A DNA stretch of 63,203 nt, counting the filler, from Octopus bimaculoides (lineage: Eukaryota), in the NCBI RefSeq assembly GCF_001194135.2. It is 3 parts of 3 records of this genome, joined end to end, with 100 filler letters (N's around TTAATTAATTAA, not from the genome) between each part and the next. Parts side by side here need not be neighbours in the genome. Positions count along the whole stretch, not along the records: positions 56,193 to 63,203 come from NC_069004.1; 2 more parts are not named here. One strand, given 5' to 3'. The position numbers and the translations under genes are program-made. Position 1 is the stretch's first letter, and each line of letters starts with the position of its first letter. The notes beneath the pieces were generated by a model. That model was not told the DNA's origin and did not search any database. It saw only the letters and a program-made list of their open reading frames with translations. Shown piece after piece: positions 56,701 to 63,203 of the stretch.

Positions 56701-57287
56701 TTAGCAATTAGAGCGTGAAGGCAAAATTAGGGACTTACCTCCCTTTGTCAATTATTAAGTATAGTGCTTTAGTGGCTTTCGAGTCAATTTAACTCTTATT
56801 TTAGCATAAGCGGTGACCCTTCGTCACTTTTGTGACCTCTATTAATTATGNNNNNNNNNNNNNNNNNNNNNNNNNNNNNNNNNNNNNNNNNNNNNNNNNN
56901 NNNNNNNNNNNNNNNNNNNNNNNNNNNNNNNNNNNNNNNNNNNNNNNNNNNNNNNNNNNNNNNNNNNNNNNNNNNNNNNNNNNNNNNNNNNNNNNNNNNN
57001 NNNNNNNNNNNNNNNNNNNNNNNNNNNNNNNNNNNNNNNNNNNNNNNNNNNNNNNNNNNNNNNNNNNNNNNNNNNNNNNNNNNNNNNNNNNNNNNNNNNN
57101 NNNNNNNNNNNNNNNNNNNNNNNNNNNNNNNNNNNNNNNNNNNNNNNNNNNNNNNNNNNNNNNTATATATATATATATATATATATTAAATTCAAATTAC
57201 GACAAACGTAAACAAACAAACGAAGTTTGCTTTTAGAAACGTAAAAATCACTTCTTTAAATATATATATATATATATAATTATATAT

Positions 57288-57428
57288 AGGGAGAACCCCT
57301 TCGGTCACGAATGAACATGGGATTGCACCTAGAAAGTTATCCTCCGACGCACAAGTCCGGGCAAAGTTGTTTATGGAAGACCATCAGTCGCACATGCATA
57401 CCACCCTCCACCATCTCCACGCCACTGA
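57288..57428 (-). mobile_element. SINE family D, 3' part
   Basis: 57373-57428 is the approximate reverse complement of 61675-61728. Confidence 0.75.
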
Positions 57429-57438
57429 CCCAAGTTAA

Positions 57439-57630
57439 CCCTGTCGAAATTTTGAAGATAGTTATATGAATAAGGATAACAAACAATCGGAAGTGTCCAG
57501 TTAGCCTTTATAGCAATACATAAACCAAGTACAACGGTTAAGTAAATTCATGAAGCACTATTTTGCGATCAGTTAATCTTTATTGCAGTACACAAACCAA
57601 ATACAACTGTCCTCAAACGAAGTCAGTGGG
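57439..57630. mobile_element. Possible decayed piggyBac-type MITE
   Basis: TTAA|CCC...GGG|TTAA ends and a subterminal IR TTTGA(A/G)GA(T/C)AGTT (11 of 13). Confidence 0.4.
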
Positions 57631-58284
57631 TTAAAATGGGTTAATCTTGTGAATCGAATGCAAAATACATTGCTTCATGGGGAGGTTAAATAAGAGCGAA
57701 ATATGTTCGTTGTTTTCATCAGTTGGCTAACTAAATGACGCGCTGTCAGGCCTTGTCAGGCATTGTCAATGATCAAAGTGTCAGGCAATGACCGAAGTGA
57801 CCGAAACGCATCAACACTATGTACAAGGATAAAATTCCTCGGGAAAGCATCTTCCATATTAAATAGAGACGCTATAGAACCTCACATATATAATGATAGA
57901 GTAAACTCAGCATTTCCACTCGTCTTAGCTTAATCCAAGCGATTAGTGAACGAATTCCTCAAGGAGCGTTCAAAACTGAACTCAAATTCTTACTAGCAAG
58001 GGAGGTAACTTCATTAAGATCAGTTGATCAAAATAGATGGAGAATATCAGATTATGGGAGACTGAGAATAATGATGCGTTCATTCCATCCCGTTGAATCT
58101 CAGAAACATAAATGAAGTGTAAACCAGCGCTCACTGTGATGGGCTCTGACTTAACTGTTATGTTTAGTGCATTAGATGGGGTCCCTGAGTAAATTCTCTT
58201 CCATTCATCGTAATGTGAAATGGTTTCATAAGCAAATTCACATCACTTCATATCGCTACACTGCATCACTATCCATCCTCTTTC

Positions 58285-58336
58285 TTTCTTTCTTTCTTCT
58301 TCTTCTTCTTCTTCTTCTTCTTCTTCTTCTTCTTCT

Positions 58337-58368
<32 letters not shown>

Positions 58369-59000
58369 CGCTGTCTCCTTTCCTCCTCCTCCTCNNNNNN
58401 NNNNNNNNNNNNNNNNNNNNNNNNNNNNNNNNNNNNNNNNNNNNNNNNNNNNNNNNNNNNNNNNNNNNNNNNNNNNNNNNNNNNNNNNNNNNNNNNNNNN
58501 NNNNNNNNNNNNNNNNNNNNNNNNNNNNNNNNNNNNNNNNNNNNNNNNNNNNNNNNNNNNNNNNNNNNNNNNNNNNNNNNNNNNNNNNNNNNNNNNNNNN
58601 NNNNNNNNNNNNNNNNNNNNNNNNNNNNNNNNNNNNNNNNNNNNNCCTCTTTGTTCATCTACTTTTTCTTCTCCTTATCATCACCACCACCACCACCACC
58701 ATTACCATTACCATATTTTACTTCTTCTTCGCTTCCTCTTTATTCTTATTCTTCCTCCTCCTCATCCTCCTCCTCATCCTCCTCCTCTTATTATTCTTCC
58801 ATCCCTTTCTCCTTATCCTCTTCCTTCTCTTCCCCCTCTTAGTCCTTATCATCTTGCTCCTCCTTCTACCCCTCATCTTTTCAACCTCTTCGTCCTCTCA
58901 CTTGTACTGCTTTTCCTCTATTTCCTCTTCATCCTCCTCTGCTCTCCTCCTTCTCATCTTCCTCCTCTTCCTTCTCCTCCTTCTTCTCTTCCTGCTGTCT
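58285..59000. repeat. (TTC)n(CTG)n(CTC)n microsatellite and pyrimidine-rich low-complexity tract
   Basis: Visible; source of the poly-L, poly-S and poly-K ORFs. Confidence 0.9.
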
Positions 59001-59468
59001 TTGAATAACTGCAACAGATTTGGCAGTAATTTTCTACTCGAATTTGGTGCCAAGCTTAAACAGTTTTTACATCCAACGACCAGTAGAACAATTGAAGCAG
59101 CCAAAGTAGAAAAAGAGTGAGAGAGAGAGGGAGAGGGAGAGAGGAATAACGAGACATAGAGAGAGGTGAAAACAAAGAGAGAGAGAGAAAGATATGAATA
59201 AAGTGCAATGTTGGAGCAAATTGTGTGACATAGACGCCATAACTAACATCCGCTTGAATTATTGCAATTTGGGAATCGCTCAAAATAAAAACATTACGAT
59301 ATTGTTTAGCTGTCTATCTCCATATATGCGTGCGAGAGAGTGTATGTGTATATGTACGTGCGTGGGCATATACATATACACATATATATATTTGTAAATA
59401 TATATACACACATGCATAAATACGTGTGCATATATGTATGCATGTATGCATGTATGTATGTATATATG

Positions 59469-59647
59469 TGGCACTTCGTCGGTTACGACGACGAGGGTTC
59501 CAGTTGATCCGATCAACGGAACAGCCTTCTCGTGAAATTAATGTGCAAGTGGCTGAAGGCTCCACAGACGTACGCATCCATAATGTAATTGTCAAAGAGA
59601 TGCAGAATGACGCAGAATGTAACAAGGCTGGCCCTTTGAATTACACA
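59469..59647 (+). mobile_element. Unclassified short interspersed repeat fragment
   Basis: CGTCGGTTACGACGACGAGGGTTCCAGTTGATCCGATCAACGGAACAGCC, recalled as a high-copy octopus repeat. There is no second copy in the window to confirm it. Confidence 0.4.
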
Positions 59648-59666
59648 CANNNNNNNNNNATATATA

Positions 59667-59811
59667 AAAAAATAAGCAGCACGGATTTCAAAGGTGATTG
59701 CAGTACGCACGTTTCATGCTACTTCAATTTATTTAAGTAATGCGAGCATTACCTTAAATGCAATATGAAGAGTAATCTTCAGCTGCACGAAATCCGTGTT
59801 GCTTATTTTTT
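59667..59811. mobile_element. 145-bp MITE/foldback with 23-bp terminal inverted repeats
   Basis: AAAAAATAAGCAGCACGGATTTC (59667-59689) versus the reverse complement of 59789-59811: 22 of 23. Confidence 0.75.
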
Positions 59812-59916
59812 GATTTTAATCACCTATCCTTTTTGGGATGCGATATTCGGGTGCCTACGCATAAGTACCATATTCAACTTTGAATCTATATATATATGTA
59901 TATATATATATAGGTA

Positions 59917-60280
59917 CGAGGGCTTACTCAAAAGTAAACCGGAAACGTTCTCTGTGGAACAAGCCCGTTGTAGTTCAGGTTTCCGCCACTAGAAGCCATT
60001 TGATGCAATCCTCAGCCATCAGTCTGCCAACAGGCGTCGTCCTGTGGAATCGTACTGCCACGTGGTGCGTCTTTGTTCTGAAGTGCTTCTCCACTGTTCG
60101 TTGATGTTTGCCATAGCTGAAACGAAGGAACAGCGTGTTTCCGTGAAGTTCTGTTTTCTGTTGGGGAAAGCCGCGGCCGAAACAGCTCTCATGCTTCAAA
60201 CAACTTACAAGGACGCTGTCATGAGCAAAACACAAGTTTACAAGAGGTTTCCACGCTTTAAGAATGGTCACCTGTCCATT
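59917..60280 (+). mobile_element. Mariner transposon 5' fragment (left end plus transposase N-terminal HTH)
   Basis: TA|CGAGGG terminus. From 60104: MFAIAETKEQRVSVKFCFLLGKAAAETALMLQTTYKDAVMSKTQVYKRFPRFKNG, the mariner EQR..KFC..LGK...ET...L...Y....S..QV..WF.RFK.G motif. Truncated before the DD34D domain. Confidence 0.92.
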
Positions 60281-60304
60281 ATGTATATAGACATATACAT
60301 ATAT

Positions 60305-60665
60305 ATGGGAGAATATACAAATAATAACAACAGACGAGGACAGGTGGTGTAAATAACAAAAGCATATATTAGTATGACGCTCGGGAATACGGAAAGTCTT
60401 TGACGTTTCGAGCTACGCTCTTCAACAGAAAGAATACGGAGACAAGGAGAAAAACACGGAGAAAAAAAATTGAATAGTGTTCAGTCAACGGTCAATCATA
60501 ATAATGGCCGATCATAACAATGGCTGACCGGAAGTTAAAAAAGGATGATAAAGGAGGTTTACAAAAGTGGAAAAGTTCAAAAGTTTTTTAGACGTCGTGG
60601 TATATTGAAGCGATTTCCAATCAGAAGATGGGTCCAGTGTAATCCGTGGGTAGGAGAGGTGCAAT
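60305..60665 (-). mobile_element. Penelope-like element terminal fragment
   Basis: Homologous to 56511-56700; contains the hammerhead motif. The right boundary is approximate. Confidence 0.65.
60397..60433 (-). ncRNA. Minimal type-I hammerhead ribozyme-like motif (variant core)
   Basis: The minus strand reads UCUUU-CUGUUGA-A-GAGC-GUA-GCUC-GAAAC-GUC-AAAGA: 5-bp stem I, 4-bp stem II, palindromic ACGU stem III and a GUC cleavage triplet. Confidence 0.65.
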
Positions 60666-61294
60666 ATATACACATATATATGATTTCGAATGATCTAAGT
60701 GGTTTGGATGTAAACCCCCATTGTTGCGGCCTGTGAACATAGCAACAAAATTCAAAATCAACCTAGTGACGCAAAGTATGAATCTAAATTATTGGGACAC
60801 CTGCCAAATATTAAAAAGAATGCACTTTGAATGCAACCTGAGGAATAACCTGTGAATTTGTTTTTCAGTAGTTTCTTAATTCATTCAATGAAACAATTAT
60901 ATTTCTGTCAATGAAATCTCTGCTATCTCTAGGTAATAGCTCATCCACACACCATTTGTTTCAAGACCTCCACCTGACCCTAGCAACATTCTGCTCAAAC
61001 TCAGTTTCCTCTCCCTGTAGATGTTTGCTCTGAGTATCAGGATCACAACTCAAGGAAGACCTGCAAGTGTCATAAGTACCAACTCTTATCTCTTAACCAA
61101 CTTATAGTTTTAAAAAATGAGGCCCGTAATGGCTAAATCCTAAATCTTACAATGACATTCTCTACTTTAAAAATAGCATAGCCATCCATATCATAGCTCA
61201 ATCATTGATTCCCCAAACTGAAACACAAAGCATCGTATATCTACATACTATAAGAGCTAGAACCTGATGACAATTGCTTCCAGAGAACTCCCTC

Positions 61295-61338
<44 letters not shown>

Positions 61339-61480
61339 ATCTATCTATCTATCTATTTATCTATCTATTTATCTATCTATCTGCTGTAGTTCAGATTGGG
61401 ACTACTTAACACTCAAAAACTTTAGACAAACAATCAAGTTTGGCTCACTCTGGCATTATGTATGTTATACTATCATAACA

Positions 61481-61745
61481 GTGAAGTTACATGGCTCTGT
61501 GGTTAGAGCGGCGAGCTAAACAATCATGAGGCTGCGAGTTCAATTCCTGGACCGCGCTGTGTGTTGTGTTCTTCAGCAAGACACTTTATTTCACGTTCAC
61601 TCAGCTGTAGAAATGTGTTGCGATGTCACTTGTGCCAAGCTGTATCGGCCTTTCCCTTTCTCTTGGATAACATCGGTGGCATGGAGAGGGGAAGGTGGAA
61701 TGCATGGACGATTGCTGGTCTTCCAGTGCCTCGGAAGGTAACTTT
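61481..61745 (+). mobile_element. tRNA-derived SINE, family D
   Basis: TGGCTCTGTGGTTAGAGCG (A box), GAGTTCAATTCC (B box) and a central CAGCAAGACACTTTATTTCACGTT segment; its 3' part recurs inverted at 57288-57428. Confidence 0.85.
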
Positions 61746-62007
61746 CTGTCTTCAATCCCATAGTTATTTATGACCCAAAGGGGTCTTTACTATTATTACT
61801 ACCATAATGAATCAATAAACACACATAAAACATTCAAGGGTACATTTTCTTTCCCTCTGAAGATATTATGCTCAGGTCATATGAATTTAATATTTAATTA
61901 GATTCACTGACTATTAATTGAAACAGCAGTAAGGGATGATGATTGATTTGTTGTTAATAATAAAAAATTATTTATCTTCCCAATCGCCATCTTCTTTTTC
62001 TTCTTGA

Positions 62008-62135
62008 CGTTTCGGCAAAAGACCGCAGTGCACTAAACAGCAGATTTTTAAAGACTAGTCCTGCAGTTGATTTCTTCGGCTAAAACCTTTCAAGGCGGTG
62101 CCCTAACCTAGCCACAATCCAAAGACTGAAATAGG
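62008..62135 (+). mobile_element. SINE family A, 3' fragment (decayed)
   Basis: TTCGGCAAAAGACCG...GTCCTGCAGTTGATTT...CAAGGCGGTGCC. Confidence 0.6.
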
Positions 62136-62239
62136 CAAAGCTATTGGTGGTTATAACTGCAAACACCCTATACATGCTGTATTTGGTTGATGTTTCACAC
62201 AGGTTTAGAGCAATGCTAAAAATATATCTGGAGACGTGT

Positions 62240-62636
62240 GACGTAGGAGCGGCTGTGTAGTAACAAGCTTCCTTCTCTGCCACATGGTTCCTGGTTAAGT
62301 GGCACTGCGTGGCACCTTGGGCAAATATTTTCTTCTATAGCCTTGGGTCGACCAAAGTCTTGTGAGTGGATTTGCTAGACGAAAACTTAAAGAAACCTGC
62401 TGTATGTGTGTGTATGTGTTTTTGTGTATGTGTTTTTGTGTATGTGTTTTTCCCCCGCTACCGTTTGACAACCAGTGTTGGTGTATTTATCTCCCCGTAA
62501 CTTAGCGGTTTATGGTGTGTTTATGTCTCCGTAACTAAGAAAATAAATACTAGGGTCGATTCATTCAACTAAAATAAATACTTCCAGGCGCTGCCCACCA
62601 GAGTGGCCGTTACCTAATAACTAAAACGAGAAAAAC
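62240..62636 (+). mobile_element. SINE family A, full length with internal duplication/deletion
   Basis: Head GGCTGTGTAGTAACAAGCTT...GCGTGGCACCTTGGGCAAA; the GGTGTRTTTAT...CCGTAACT segment is tandemly duplicated. Confidence 0.9.
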
Positions 62637-62979
62637 ATGAAATAAACGAAATTGACAAGACCCGATCCAGTATATGTAACTTCTCTGCAATACCCATCCT
62701 GTAGTAATGAAGACTAAACTAATGCTCACACGATAGGAAGGATTACATGACGAGACTGCTTATACACAACTATTTACTGTGACAACAACAACATAAACAT
62801 TAATAGTCGCAATAACAACGTCATCATCAAAATTGATTTCCAAATATTAATAATAGTTGTCAACCATAGCGTGTTGTGTTTTAGAATAATCATATTGTTC
62901 CTTGTTTGTTGTTTGTGTGTTTTTGATGGGCTTTGTTTTGCTTTTTCTTCATAGAATTTAAGAATATAAATATTTATAT

Positions 62980-63123
62980 ATCAAACATATACATACGTAT
63001 ATATATATGTGTGTGTGTTTCATATATGCATACATGTATATACACATACATATATAAAATATACATAATGTATATACATATACATACATATATATATATA
63101 TACTATATATATATATATCATTC

Positions 63124-63155
<32 letters not shown>

Positions 63156-63203
63156 ATGTGTGTATGTATGTATGTATATGTATGTATGTATGTATGTATG
63201 TTC
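62980..63203. repeat. (TA)n/(TG)n/(TATG)n microsatellite
   Basis: Visible. Confidence 0.95.

Noticed and set aside
61481-61560. tRNA gene (also the SINE heads at 13651, 45866 and 62240)
   Set aside because: A/B boxes are present but there is no complete cloverleaf, and the sequence continues into SINE bodies.

Overview
AT-rich, microsatellite-dense eukaryotic DNA from a gapped draft assembly. The SINE and LINE sequences resemble those I recall from Octopus (coleoid cephalopod); this assignment is an inference, not a database result. I found no intact, recognisable host gene. Almost every ORF in the track is a microsatellite or N-gap artefact, so the window looks intronic or intergenic, with only weak isolated exon candidates. 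What can be supported is a transposon graveyard: at least four tRNA-derived SINE families (my labels A-D), RTE and R4/Dong-clade LINE remnants, mariner and hAT transposase fragments, several MITEs or foldbacks, and three terminal fragments of a Penelope-like element (PLE). Best leads: (1) minimal hammerhead-ribozyme motifs in two PLE fragments that share a non-canonical U at core position 6; (2) a Dong/R4 5' fragment nested in a 3' fragment of the same clade between 14-bp direct repeats, giving an in-frame chimeric ORF; (3) a ~580-bp MITE with a central (CCCTAA)n/(TTAGGG)n palindrome; (4) unexplained hairpins of pre-miRNA size. Nothing here establishes a new biological system. Most element boundaries are approximate.
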